Assembly: GCA_044223005.1 (NCBI GenBank)
Contig: JBGAML010000001.1
Span: forward strand, 320,001-384,000
DNA: 64,000 nucleotides
From: Candidatus Eiseniibacteriota bacterium
GTDB taxonomy: Bacteria > Eisenbacteria > RBG-16-71-46
Reading direction: 5' to 3'
The notes below the pieces were generated by a model, which worked only from the letters and a program-made list of their open reading frames with translations, made no database searches and had not been told where the DNA came from. This document shows, one piece after another, positions 20,503 to 30,081 of the stretch; position 1 is the stretch's first letter, and each line of letters begins with the position of its first letter. Both the position numbers and the translations under genes were made by a program.

Positions 20503-21875
20503 AGACCTCCCGCGAGGCGCGACCGGTCGGGGTAGCGCGCGGCGGCCCGGTCCACGTCCGCACAGCGCTGCAGGTACTCGTAGGTGGTGAGGATGTCGTT
20601 GAGGCCGGCGCTGGTGAGCGTCGTGCGTGCGTCGAGCACCTCGAGCAGCGTGGCGCTGTCGTTGGCGCGCCGGCGCTCGACCATCTCCCACGCCCGGCGC
20701 GCGGCCACGAGGCGGTCGCGCGCGGTGTCGAGCGCGAGACGCGCGACCTGCGCCGACTGCCAGCTCGTGCGCACGTCGAGTTCGACGAGCGCCTCGGCGT
20801 CGGTGGCGCGCGTGCGGGCGACCGCGAGCGTCGCGGCGGCGGCGTGTCGCTGCGCCTCGCGCTGGCCGCCGTCGAAGATCGGCCACTGCACGACGAGCGA
20901 CGCGACGCGGAAGTCCGAGCCGTCGCCGCGCTTCACGTGCTCGCCCTGCACGCCCCAGTCGACGGCGGCGGCGAGCGACGGCAGGTAGCGCGCGGTCGCG
21001 AGCGAGACGGCGCCGCCGGCGGCGCGCACGCCGCCGCGCGCCTGCGCGAGCTCCTCGCGGCGCGCGCGGGCCAGGGCGAGGGCCGAGTCGAGCGCGGGCG
21101 GCGGCGCGATGCCGAGCTGGTCGTCGGGCAACAGCGCCAGCGGCGCGTCCACGGCGCGGCCGAGCCGCAGGTTGAACGACTGGCGCGCGGCGTCGGCGAG
21201 CCGGTACGCGTCGTCGCGACGCTGCAGGATCTCGGAGCGGTCGGCGCGCGCGCGCAGTACTTCGTCCGGCGTGGCCTTGCCGTGCGCGAGCAGCGATTCC
21301 TGCACGCGCACCACTTCGTCGACCAGCACCATGGTGCTGTCGAAGAGCTGCGAGAGCCGCACGGCGCGGGCGTAGTCGAGGTAGCCGGTGCGCAGCTCGG
21401 CGGCGGTGCGGCGCGTGGCCACGGCGGCGCCGGCGCGCTGGGCATCGCGCAGCCCGGCGTGGATGCGCCAGTTCGCCGCGAGCCGCGCGTCGAGCAGCGG
21501 CTGCGTCACGCGCAGCGTCGCCTCCTCGCGCGTGGGCAGCACGAGGTCGAGGTCGGTCGGGAACGCGGTGGTGTGCAGGACCTGGTCGAGTGCGCCGTAA
21601 ACCGGGTTCAGCATCTTGCCGAGGTCGAGCACGTTGCCGGTGCGGTCGGAGAGCCGGCCGCTGGCGGCCACCGACGGCAGGAAGAGGCCGGTCGCCTCGG
21701 CCAGCCCGGCCTGTTCGCGCTCGAGCGCCAGCCGCTCGACCCGCAGGCTGCGGTTGGCGGCCAGGCCCTCCTCCACGAGGGCGTCCAGGCCGCCGGCCGC
21801 GCGGACCGGCGCGGCGGCGAGCAGGCCGGCCGCCAGCAGGGCCGCCGTGGGCGCGAGATTCGGGAATCGCATCAC
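20499..21875 (-). CDS. TolC family outer membrane efflux protein
   Basis: Signal peptide, FLPSV/YLPSL repeats, WPIFDGG, TLLEVLDAR. Confidence 0.92.
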   Translation of the reverse strand: MMRFPNLAPTAALLAAGLLAAAPVRAAGGLDALVEEGLAANRSLRVERLALEREQAGLAEATGLFLPSVAASGRLSDRTGNVLDLGKMLNPVYGALDQVLHTTAFPTDLDLVLPTREEATLRVTQPLLDARLAANWRIHAGLRDAQRAGAAVATRRTAAELRTGYLDYARAVRLSQLFDSTMVLVDEVVRVQESLLAHGKATPDEVLRARADRSEILQRRDDAYRLADAARQSFNLRLGRAVDAPLALLPDDQLGIAPPPALDSALALARARREELAQARGGVRAAGGAVSLATARYLPSLAAAVDWGVQGEHVKRGDGSDFRVASLVVQWPIFDGGQREAQRHAAAATLAVARTRATDAEALVELDVRTSWQSAQVARLALDTARDRLVAARRAWEMVERRRANDSATLLEVLDARTTLTSAGLNDILTTYEYLQRCADVDRAAARYPDRSRLAGGL

Positions 21876-21947
21876 GTCCTCACCTCCGGGAGCGTTCCGC
21901 CGGCGGGGGCGCCGGCCGAGTGGAGCATCTACTCAAGTTCTATCGGC

Positions 21948-21993
21948 AGTATTGGAGCAAACATTCCACTTGTCAATAGTGGAATTTTGGCTC
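21948..21993 (-). promoter_or_regulatory. sigma70-type promoter of the tolC-MFP-RND operon overlapped by a probable TetR operator
   Basis: Minus strand TTGACA (21976-21971), 17 bp, AATACT; -35 lies in the spacer of inverted repeat GAGCAAACATTCCACT/AGTGGAATTTTGGCTC (14/16). Confidence 0.7.
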
Positions 21994-22049
21994 AAATTCG
22001 GCGACGAACGGAACGCGAGGATTTCCCGTCATTTGCGGAGGTGTGATTC

Positions 22050-22751
22050 ATGAGCCCGGGAACGAAGTCCGGACGGCCCGCGGGCCGCAAGAGCGCCCCG
22101 GCGCGCCCGGCGGGCGCCGCCACACGGCGCCCGGTGCCGCAGCAGGACCGCGGCCGCAAGCGCGTCGAGGAGATCCTCGACGCCGCCGAGCAGGTGATCG
22201 CGGAGGTCGGCGTGCCCGCCATGACGACGAACGCCGTCGCCGAGCGCGCGGGGGCCGGCATGGGGTCGCTCTACCGCTTCTTCGAGAACAAGGACGCCAT
22301 CGTCGACGCCCTCGCGCAGCGCTACATGACGCGCATGGAAGGGCTCACCGCGTACGCGGCGCATCCCGAGCTGGGCCGGCTGTCGCTCGCCGACCTCACC
22401 GACGCGATCGTCGACCCGCTCGTCGAGTTCTTCCGCCGCACGCCGGCGTACGTGCACGTGTTCCACGCCGTGAACCAGCCGGGCGCGCAGAATCCCGGTT
22501 GCGCGGCGCTGCGCGAACTCGTGGTGAAGAACGTCGAGGCGCTCATGCTCGCGCGCGCGCCGCAGGCCGACGCCCGCGCGATCCACCCGCGCGCCAAGAT
22601 CGCGGTGGAACTGGTGCACACGCTGCTGGCGACGGCGTTCGAGGAGCCGCCGGCGCAGCGGCGCGCGATCATCGACGAGACCAAGCGGCTGCTGGCGCTC
22701 TACTCCGAGATGATCCAGGGCAACGACGACCCGCTCGTGCGCCTGCGCTGA
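22050..22751 (+). CDS. TetR/AcrR family transcriptional regulator
   Basis: ILDAAEQVIAEVG...TTNAVAERAGAGMGSLYRFFENKDAI HTH; divergent from the efflux operon. Confidence 0.93.
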   Translation: MSPGTKSGRPAGRKSAPARPAGAATRRPVPQQDRGRKRVEEILDAAEQVIAEVGVPAMTTNAVAERAGAGMGSLYRFFENKDAIVDALAQRYMTRMEGLTAYAAHPELGRLSLADLTDAIVDPLVEFFRRTPAYVHVFHAVNQPGAQNPGCAALRELVVKNVEALMLARAPQADARAIHPRAKIAVELVHTLLATAFEEPPAQRRAIIDETKRLLALYSEMIQGNDDPLVRLR

Positions 22752-22791
22752 ACCCCGGCGGCGTTCCGCCCGCCGTCGCGCCGCGAGTGCG

Positions 22792-23343
22792 TCAGGTGCG
22801 CTTGCGCCGCCAGCGGGCCCGCACCGCGTTGCCCGCGAACGCGCCGCACTCCACGAGCTCGAACGGCGGCGCGTCGATCGGCCGCTCGCCGAACAGCGCC
22901 GGGCCCGCACCCAGCACCATGGGCGCGATCGTCACCTCGATCTCGTCCACGCGCCCCAGCGCGAGCAGCTGCCCGGCGATGTCACCGCCGCCGCAGAGCC
23001 ACGCGCGCGTCACGCCCGCGGCCTCCATTTCGCGCAGCATGACGCCCAAATCGCCCTCGATGCGCCGCATCGGTGCGGCCGTCTTCCCCACCGCGTCGAG
23101 CAGCGCCGCGTCGTGCGTCACCACCCACGTCGGCAGGTCGCCGTGCGGCCAGCCGTGGTCTTCCTGCAGCAGCCAGCGCAGCGTGCCGCCGCCCAGGATC
23201 GCGCCGTCGACCGAGGCGAGGAACTTCGGGAACGCGGCCAGGGCCTCGTCGCGATTCGCGATCGACTCGAGGAACGACAGGTCGTCGCCGTTGCCGGCGA
23301 TGCGGCCGTCCATCGACATCGCGGTGTACCAGACGATCTCCAC
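22792..23343 (-). CDS. dihydrofolate reductase / RibD C-terminal family protein
   Basis: YTAMSMDGRIA, WLCGGGDI, VDEIEVTIAPMVLGAG; GAGGAGG RBS. Confidence 0.85.
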   Translation of the reverse strand: MEIVWYTAMSMDGRIAGNGDDLSFLESIANRDEALAAFPKFLASVDGAILGGGTLRWLLQEDHGWPHGDLPTWVVTHDAALLDAVGKTAAPMRRIEGDLGVMLREMEAAGVTRAWLCGGGDIAGQLLALGRVDEIEVTIAPMVLGAGPALFGERPIDAPPFELVECGAFAGNAVRARWRRKRT

Positions 23344-23414
23344 GGCTCGTTCCTCCTCGATTCGCGAAACGCCGGCGGGCCGGGCGTCGCCGCCCGGCCC
23401 GCTCGGGATGCACG

Positions 23415-23891
23415 CTACATCACCAGCGTGCCGGTGCGCAGCAGGTACGCGAGCCGTCCGCGCTGCTCGGCGTCCAGTCGCGCATGCATGCGCGCGAGCG
23501 AGTCGCCGATGCGGGCCTGCAGCCGTTCGCTGCTCTTCGCCCGCAGCGTCGCCGCCTCGGCCGCTTTCGCGGCGTCGAACGGGTCGGACTGCACGGCCTC
23601 GGCCAGCAGCGTGAGCGCGCGCCGGTCGTCGACCGCCGACTGCGCGCGTTCGGTCTTCAGCTCGTTGATGATCGCGGCGAACTCGGCGAGCTGCGGCTCG
23701 TCGAGCCCGAGCTTCCACGCGAGGAACCGCAGCGGACGGCGCACGCCGAATCCTCCGGCGAACTCGTCCCCGCTCCAGTGGTGGTGCTCGGTGGCGTCGA
23801 AGGCCTCGCGGCGGGGTCCGCAGCCGCAGTGTCCGTGCTGGCCTTCGTGCGGGTGGCCGGCGAAGCCGGCATGACGGGAATGGCAACCCAT
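23415..23891 (-). CDS. Spy/CpxP-like helical protein with His/Cys-rich N-terminus
   Basis: KLGLDEPQ...RLDAEQR LTxxQ-like motifs; GAGGAGG RBS. Confidence 0.65.
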   Translation of the reverse strand: MGCHSRHAGFAGHPHEGQHGHCGCGPRREAFDATEHHHWSGDEFAGGFGVRRPLRFLAWKLGLDEPQLAEFAAIINELKTERAQSAVDDRRALTLLAEAVQSDPFDAAKAAEAATLRAKSSERLQARIGDSLARMHARLDAEQRGRLAYLLRTGTLVM

Positions 23892-24081
23892 GACGGGTCT
23901 CCTCCTCGCGCCGGGGCGGATCGCTCCCGGCGGGGTACACGGCGCGGGCACCATGCCTCGCGCCGGGGATTCGGATGCTCCGCCCGGCCCGGCGGATCCG
24001 CAAAGCCGTCGTCACTCCCTGGCGAGTGGTGCCCGTGCCGCCTTCCCGCGCGCGCGCCGCTCCACTAGTCTCGGCGCGCCC

Positions 24082-24822
24082 ATGACCACCTCCGCTCCAC
24101 CGTTCGCACCTCCGCCGGTCGAGGAGATCGAGCGCCGCCTCAAATGGCGCGTGCTGCCGACGCTGCTGTTCGTCGCGTTGCTCACGACGCTGCTGGTGAT
24201 CGCGCTGGTCTCGCTGCTCGTGCGCCCGCGCCACCCGAAGGGCCTGCCGGACGATGCCGGCGCGCGCGCCGCGGCGGCCGCGCTGGCCGGCCGCGTTCCG
24301 GTGACGACGAACGCGCTGCGCTGGTCCGCATCGATCCTCGGCGGCGAACCGCCCGCGCGCGGGCGCGACGCCGCGGCGGTCGTGGCGGTGGCGCGCGTGC
24401 GGCCGCAGGTGGAGGCGGCGCATCGCCGGCACGCGGGCGATCCGCGCTCGCTCGCGGCACTCGCGGCGCTCGACCTGGTCGCGCACGACTACGCGCGCGC
24501 GGCGCAACGCTACCGGCGTGCGTGCGAGATGGCGCCGCACTACTCCGAGGCGCGCCTCGGCGCCGGCGTCGCGCTCGCGCTCGAGGCGGATCGCACCGCG
24601 GCACCGTGGCAGTCGCGCGCGCTGCGGCTGCAGGCGATCGCCGAGTTCGCCATGGTCGACGCCACCGAGCGCGAGTACCCGCTCGCGCTCTACGACCGCG
24701 CCCGCGTGCTCGCCGACGTGGGCCGCTTCGGCGAGGCGAACGTCTACGCCGCCCGCTACTGGGAGCGAGACCCGCGCAGCCCGTACGCCCAAGCCCTGCG
24801 CGCCCTACTCGCCTCGCGCTGA
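24082..24822 (+). CDS. membrane-anchored TPR-like protein
   Basis: N-terminal TM helix; YARAAQRYRRACEMAPHYSEARLGAG TPR-like helices. Confidence 0.65.
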   Translation: MTTSAPPFAPPPVEEIERRLKWRVLPTLLFVALLTTLLVIALVSLLVRPRHPKGLPDDAGARAAAAALAGRVPVTTNALRWSASILGGEPPARGRDAAAVVAVARVRPQVEAAHRRHAGDPRSLAALAALDLVAHDYARAAQRYRRACEMAPHYSEARLGAGVALALEADRTAAPWQSRALRLQAIAEFAMVDATEREYPLALYDRARVLADVGRFGEANVYAARYWERDPRSPYAQALRALLASR

Positions 24823-24826
24823 ACCC

Positions 24827-27262
24827 TCAGTCCGCCGCCGGCCCCGCCCAGTCGGGGTCGCGGGCCTGCACGCCGTCCCAGTCGGGCAGCCGCGCCTCGC
24901 GCGCCAGCGACTCGCGCACCCAGTTGCCGAGCAGCCGCTCGAACCACGGCCCGCGCGGGCGCCCGAACTCGAGCCGCCGGATGCGCTCGCCCGCGGGGAT
25001 GCCCGCGCGCCGGCGCGCCTCCGCGATCGCGTCCTCGAGCCCGCCGATCGAATCCACCAGGCTCCGCTCGCGCGCGTCTTCGCCCATCCACACGCGGCCC
25101 TGCGCCGACTCGCGCACGAGTGCGGGATCGAGCCGCCGGCCCTCGGCGACCTTGCCCACGAACATGTCGTAGCTGCGCGCGATCGCGGAGTCCGCACTCG
25201 CCTGGTCCTGCGGCCGCCAGTCGCGCGAGTACGAGAGCGCGCCCATGAAGTCGCCGCGGTCGAACGACTGCTGGCGCACCTTGAGCTTCGCGTACAGGCC
25301 CTCGAACGACGGCTTCACGGTGAGCACGCCGATCGAACCGGTGCGCGTGAAGCGGTCGGCGTAGATCACGTCGCCGTGGCAGGCGATGTAGTAGCCGCCG
25401 CTGCCCGCGACCGAGCCCATCGACACGACGAGCGGCTTGTGTGTGCGGCCCTTCCAGCGCTGGACCGCGTGGTCGATCAGGTTCGACGCGAGCGCGTCGC
25501 CGCCGGGACTCTCGACGCGCAGCACCACGGCCTTCACGCCGGGCGCGCGAAACGCGCGTTCGATCTGCGCCGACATCGTCACGTCGCCCATGTACGGGCC
25601 TTCGAGCAGGTCGCTGCCGCTGCGCCCGCGGCCGATGCCGCCGCCGGCCCACACCACCGCGATGCGCGCGGGCACGGTCCACGCGCGCTGCGCCGCGCGC
25701 GCCCGTGCGAGGTTCACGGTGCGCGGCGTGGCGCCGAGCCTGGTCATGCGGCCGAGCGCGGCGAGCGCGTCCTCGCGGTAGCCGATCGAATCGAGGATCC
25801 CGCCGCGCACGAGATCGGCGGGCGGCCACGCGCGGCCGTCGAGGAACGTCGCGAGCCGTTCGGGCGCGATGTGCCGCCCGGCGCTCACCGCGTCCACGAA
25901 CAGCTGCTGGCGCTGGTCGAGCTCGTGCTGCGTCGCGAGGCTGTCGGCGGGCGGCATCGAGTCGACGCTGAACTGCCGGTACGCGGACTTGAACCGGCCG
26001 ATGCTCGAACGCTCCACCTTCACGCCGAGGTTCGCGAGCGCCTGCCGCCAGTAGCGGCGCTCCGAGCGCAGCCCGAGGCCCATGAAATCGGCCTCCTCGC
26101 TCGCCATCACGCGGTCGCACGCGCTCGCGAGGTACAGGTCGCCGCGGCCGCCGCCGTACTCCATGTACGCGAGCACGGGCTTGCCGGCCGCACGCAGCCG
26201 CTCGATCCGCGGACGCAGCTCCTCGAGCTGCGCCATGTTGCCCGCGCCGCGCAGGTCGAGCAGTACGCCGCGCGTCAGCGGGTCCTCGAGCGCGCGCTCG
26301 AGCTGGCGATGGATCGGGCCCGCGGCCACCGTGGCCGGTCCGCCCATCAGCGACGTGCCGCCCATGGCTTCGTCGGCGAGCACGCCGCCCACCCGCACCA
26401 CGGCGACGCGGCGGTCGCCGCGGCCGGCGAACACCGTGCGCTCCTCGCCGCCGTGCAGCGAGACCGCGTACGTCTGGTACAGCGTGCGGCCGTCCTCGGC
26501 CGCATGCCCGGCGTGCACGCTCGCACCCACGCCGCGCAGCGTGATCCCGAGGCGCACGTTGCGATGGTCCGCCACGGTGCCGCGCAACAGCAGCCCCGGC
26601 ACGGGCTCGAGCTCGCCGGCCACGCGCACGCGCGCCTGGCGCCAGTCGCCGTCGTCGACGAGCGTCACGTCGCCCGAGAGCGTGAAGCGCGTACCGAGCG
26701 TCCACGCGTGCTCGCGCGACATCGCGAACGGCCGCCAGCCGGCGCCGAGCGTGTAGTGCCGCGCGCGGCGCTGGCCGCGGAAGATGGGCTGCTCGAGATG
26801 GTCGATCGTGCCGCCCAGCGACAGCCACGGCGCGGGCCGCGAGAGCAGCCCGATGCGATGGTCGCCGTCCACCTCGCGCGAGGGCCGTCCCGACGCGAGC
26901 CAGTACGGGCTCCAGCCGAAGCGCAGCTTCTCGCTCCCGAACGCGAACGCGAGCCCGTACGTCTGCGACGTGTCGCGCTGCCGCAGCGCGTAGAAACCCA
27001 TGCCGCCGCGCGAGGCGAGGAACGTGTTCCACTCGTGGTGCGGGTCGAAGCGCGCGAACCCGACGGTCGTCTCCCACGGATAGCGCACGCCGACACCGGC
27101 GGGATCGAACAGCATCGCGCGCGCGTCGTCGGTGGTGGCGACGCTCTCGTCGTCCTCGATCGCGAGCGGCAGCGGCGGGGTGAGCGAGGTGGCGAACGCG
27201 GGCGCGAGCCCGGACAGCACGAGCGCGGCCGCGAGGGCGAGCCGCAGCGGGAGGCGACGCAT
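24827..27262 (-). CDS. sppA: signal peptide peptidase SppA (S49) with N-terminal beta-rich extension
   Basis: IGRFKSAY, VLRVESPGG, VSMGSVAGSGGYYIAC, TGSIGV, QGRVWMG, DSIGGLEDAI. Confidence 0.9.
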   Translation of the reverse strand: MRRLPLRLALAAALVLSGLAPAFATSLTPPLPLAIEDDESVATTDDARAMLFDPAGVGVRYPWETTVGFARFDPHHEWNTFLASRGGMGFYALRQRDTSQTYGLAFAFGSEKLRFGWSPYWLASGRPSREVDGDHRIGLLSRPAPWLSLGGTIDHLEQPIFRGQRRARHYTLGAGWRPFAMSREHAWTLGTRFTLSGDVTLVDDGDWRQARVRVAGELEPVPGLLLRGTVADHRNVRLGITLRGVGASVHAGHAAEDGRTLYQTYAVSLHGGEERTVFAGRGDRRVAVVRVGGVLADEAMGGTSLMGGPATVAAGPIHRQLERALEDPLTRGVLLDLRGAGNMAQLEELRPRIERLRAAGKPVLAYMEYGGGRGDLYLASACDRVMASEEADFMGLGLRSERRYWRQALANLGVKVERSSIGRFKSAYRQFSVDSMPPADSLATQHELDQRQQLFVDAVSAGRHIAPERLATFLDGRAWPPADLVRGGILDSIGYREDALAALGRMTRLGATPRTVNLARARAAQRAWTVPARIAVVWAGGGIGRGRSGSDLLEGPYMGDVTMSAQIERAFRAPGVKAVVLRVESPGGDALASNLIDHAVQRWKGRTHKPLVVSMGSVAGSGGYYIACHGDVIYADRFTRTGSIGVLTVKPSFEGLYAKLKVRQQSFDRGDFMGALSYSRDWRPQDQASADSAIARSYDMFVGKVAEGRRLDPALVRESAQGRVWMGEDARERSLVDSIGGLEDAIAEARRRAGIPAGERIRRLEFGRPRGPWFERLLGNWVRESLAREARLPDWDGVQARDPDWAGPAAD

Positions 27263-27273
27263 CGAGGGAACCC

Positions 27274-28143
27274 CTACTGGGACAGCGTGACCCCGACCCG
27301 GGGACAGTGCGGTGCGAGCGGACACGTGGAGCAGTGGGGCTTGCGGGCGTTGCAGACGGCGCGGCCGTGCAGGATCAGCCAGTGCGAGAAGAGCGTCCAG
27401 TCCTCCTGCGGCACCAGCGGCTGCAGCGCGAACTCCACCTTCACCGGATCGGTTTCGCGCGTGAGCCCGAGCCGCACGGCGAGCCGGCCGACGTGCGTAT
27501 CGACCACGATGCCCGAGGCGATGCCGTACGCGTTCCCGAGCACGACGTTCGCGGTCTTGCGCCCGACGCCGCGCAGCGCGGTGAGCGCCTCGAGCGTGCG
27601 CGGCACCTCGCCGCCGTGGCGCGCGACGATGTCGGCGCACGCCTCGCGGATCGACTTGGCTTTCTGGCGGAAGAACCCGGTCGAATGGATCGCGTCCTCG
27701 AGCGCACCGGGATCGGCGTTCGCGAGCGCGCGCGCGTCGGGCCACGTCGCGAACAGCTGCGGCGTGACCATGTTGACGCGCTCGTCGGTGCACTGCGCCG
27801 ACAGGATCGTGGCGATCAGCAGCTGGAGCGGGGTCTTGAAGTTGAGCGCGCAGCGCGCGTCCGGGTAGCTCTCGCGCAGCTGCTCGAGCAGCGCCCTCAC
27901 GCGCACCGGATCGGGAGCGACCGCGCGCTTCGCCGGCCGGGTCGCCACCGGCCGGCGCTTGGCGGCGGTCGCGCGCGCCGCCTTCTTCTTCGCGGCCGCC
28001 GCCGGGCGCGCGCCCTTCAGCGCGTGCTCGGCGCGGGCCGCTCGCGTGCGCGACTGGCCCGGCGCCGAACGCACGCGCGGCGAAGCCGGAACGCGTGGCG
28101 TGGCGCCGGCCTTGCGGCGCGAGCGGGGCGACTTGCGGGGCAT
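27274..28143 (-). CDS. nth: endonuclease III
   Basis: LLIATILSAQCTD, LRGVGRKTANVV HhH, VDTHV, CNARKPHCSTCPLAPHC 4Fe-4S motif. Confidence 0.95.
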   Translation of the reverse strand: MPRKSPRSRRKAGATPRVPASPRVRSAPGQSRTRAARAEHALKGARPAAAAKKKAARATAAKRRPVATRPAKRAVAPDPVRVRALLEQLRESYPDARCALNFKTPLQLLIATILSAQCTDERVNMVTPQLFATWPDARALANADPGALEDAIHSTGFFRQKAKSIREACADIVARHGGEVPRTLEALTALRGVGRKTANVVLGNAYGIASGIVVDTHVGRLAVRLGLTRETDPVKVEFALQPLVPQEDWTLFSHWLILHGRAVCNARKPHCSTCPLAPHCPRVGVTLSQ

Positions 28144-28163
28144 CGGGGGTCCTTTCGCCTCGG

Positions 28164-28760
28164 CTACTGCTGCGTCGGGGCGGCCGGAGCCGGCGGGGTC
28201 ATGCCGATCGACGTCATCGCGTCGCCGACGGCCTTCGAGACCTCGCCACCCTTGGCCACGGCTTCGGCGTAGTTGCCGGCCTGGAACGCGCTCTGCGCCT
28301 CGCCCCACGTGGTGGTGATCGTCGCGAGCGAGCTCTTGGCGGCGTCGAGCTTGGCGGCGTCGATGCCGGCGGGGAGCTTCTTCATCTTGGCGAGCTTCTC
28401 GACCTGGGCCTTGAGCGCGTCGACCGACTGGGGCAGGTCCTTCATGTTGTCCCACGCGGCCGTCAGCTCCTGCTGCTTCGCGGCGAGACCATCGGCCAGT
28501 TCCTTCACGCGGCCGGGAATCGCCTTCGCCGAGTCCATCGCCGCCTGGAAGTTGCCGGCGGTGACGTTGGCCTTGGCGGCGTCGATCTGGTCCTGGATCG
28601 CCTTCGTCTGCTCGGGCGCGACCTGCATCGCCTTGTCCTTGGTCGCGTCGAACGCGGTCTGCGCGGCCTGGATCGCCATTTCCGCGGCGCCCTTGCCGGC
28701 GCCACAGCCGGCCGCGAACACGGCCGCCACCAGCACCAACAGCACGATTGCGCGCTTCAT
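28164..28760 (-). CDS. helical lipoprotein with internal repeat
   Basis: MKRAIVLLVLVAAVFAAGC lipobox; AGNFQAAM / AGNYAEAV repeat; GAGGAGG RBS. Confidence 0.78.
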   Translation of the reverse strand: MKRAIVLLVLVAAVFAAGCGAGKGAAEMAIQAAQTAFDATKDKAMQVAPEQTKAIQDQIDAAKANVTAGNFQAAMDSAKAIPGRVKELADGLAAKQQELTAAWDNMKDLPQSVDALKAQVEKLAKMKKLPAGIDAAKLDAAKSSLATITTTWGEAQSAFQAGNYAEAVAKGGEVSKAVGDAMTSIGMTPPAPAAPTQQ

Positions 28761-29008
28761 GCGTGAGTCCTCCTCGTCCGAGTGAGAGGACATGGCGGGG
28801 GCATGTCCCGAATGCGCCGGAAACCGGCGATCGTCGACCGCGGGGGTCGGCCCGTACGCGCAGACGCTAGTCCCGCGCGAGGGCGGCGGCAAACGCCGCC
28901 GCGCGCCCGCGCGGGGCGCGGCTCCGCGGTACTCGGGCGAAACGTCGCGCCCCGCGGCCGTGAGGCCGCGGGGCGCCGAGGGCATGTGCGAGGAAACCGA
29001 CCCGGTCC

Positions 29009-29848
29009 TCAGAATCCCCACGACATGCCGAGTCGCATGCCCACGCCGTTCGCCTTGACGGTCTCGCGATAGGTGCCGCCGAGCATGTCGTCGGTGACGT
29101 CGCGGCCGAGCTCGGCCGTGTTCACGAACAGCTCGCCGTTGACGCGCGCGCGGCCCGACAGCGGGAACGCGGCGCCGCCCCAGACCTGCCAGCCCCAGCC
29201 GCCGTAGGTGGCGTCGAAGCTCGCGCCGGTCTGGTAGTCGTCGGCGGTGAGGTTCATGACCTCGTAGCCGCCAGCCGCACCGAAGTACGGGATCACCGGC
29301 ATGTTGTCGTCGCCCGAGACCTGCACGAAGCCCATGATCGGGAACAGGTGGATCGAGGCGCGCGAGAGGTCCTGCTTCACGACGATCGGCACGCCGCCGG
29401 GGCCGGTGCTCTCGTGGCTCACCGACGAGGCGTTGTCCGTCTGGTGCGACCAATCGACGCCGACACCCAGCTGCACGTGCGGATCGACCATCGGGCCGCC
29501 GCGGATGCCGAGCAGGAACTCGCGGCTCGCGTCACCCTCGGGATCGAAGAAGCCGAGGTGGATCTGGCTCACGCTCTGGGAGTCGACGGGCCGGCCCCAG
29601 CCGCCGGAACGGCGCGGACGGTAGTGGACGCCGGCCACCTGGATGTCGGGCGCGGTCATGTGGACGATTTCGAGCGACGGCTCGGCCGCGGCGGCGGGCA
29701 TCACGACCGGCAGCGCCGAGACTTCGAGCCCGGCCACGGGCAAGGTGAACGCCGAGGGTGCCGGAACGCCCGCCTCGGCGTGCGCGAGCACGGGCAGGAC
29801 CGTGAGCAGGGCCGCGACTGCGGTGTTGCGAATGACCAGGGTGTTCAT
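29009..29848 (-). CDS. outer-membrane beta-barrel protein
   Basis: AAGGAGG RBS; signal peptide; IPYFGAAGGY strand; terminal GMSWGF. Confidence 0.75.
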   Translation of the reverse strand: MNTLVIRNTAVAALLTVLPVLAHAEAGVPAPSAFTLPVAGLEVSALPVVMPAAAAEPSLEIVHMTAPDIQVAGVHYRPRRSGGWGRPVDSQSVSQIHLGFFDPEGDASREFLLGIRGGPMVDPHVQLGVGVDWSHQTDNASSVSHESTGPGGVPIVVKQDLSRASIHLFPIMGFVQVSGDDNMPVIPYFGAAGGYEVMNLTADDYQTGASFDATYGGWGWQVWGGAAFPLSGRARVNGELFVNTAELGRDVTDDMLGGTYRETVKANGVGMRLGMSWGF

Positions 29849-30081
29849 TTCGATCCTCCTTGCCGGCGTCGGGGTCGTGCCGGGCGATCGTTCCACCGTC
29901 CTTGTTGGCACGCGGCGTGCCGAAGCGATCGCAGATGCAACCCGACGATCGAAGCGGGCGTAACGCTAACGCATTTCTTCCCATGCGGGAGCGGCCGGCC
30001 GGTCATCGCGTTGCCAAATCCGGCCGGGCTGTTGCGACCGCGCCGCACCCTGAGTAGCGTCGACCACACCTCTACCCCCTA

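Noticed and set aside
29906..29922. GGCACGCGGCGTGCC palindrome as a sigma54 promoter or operator
   Set aside because: Fits GG-N10-GC on both strands, but is short and GC-rich, so it is easily a chance match
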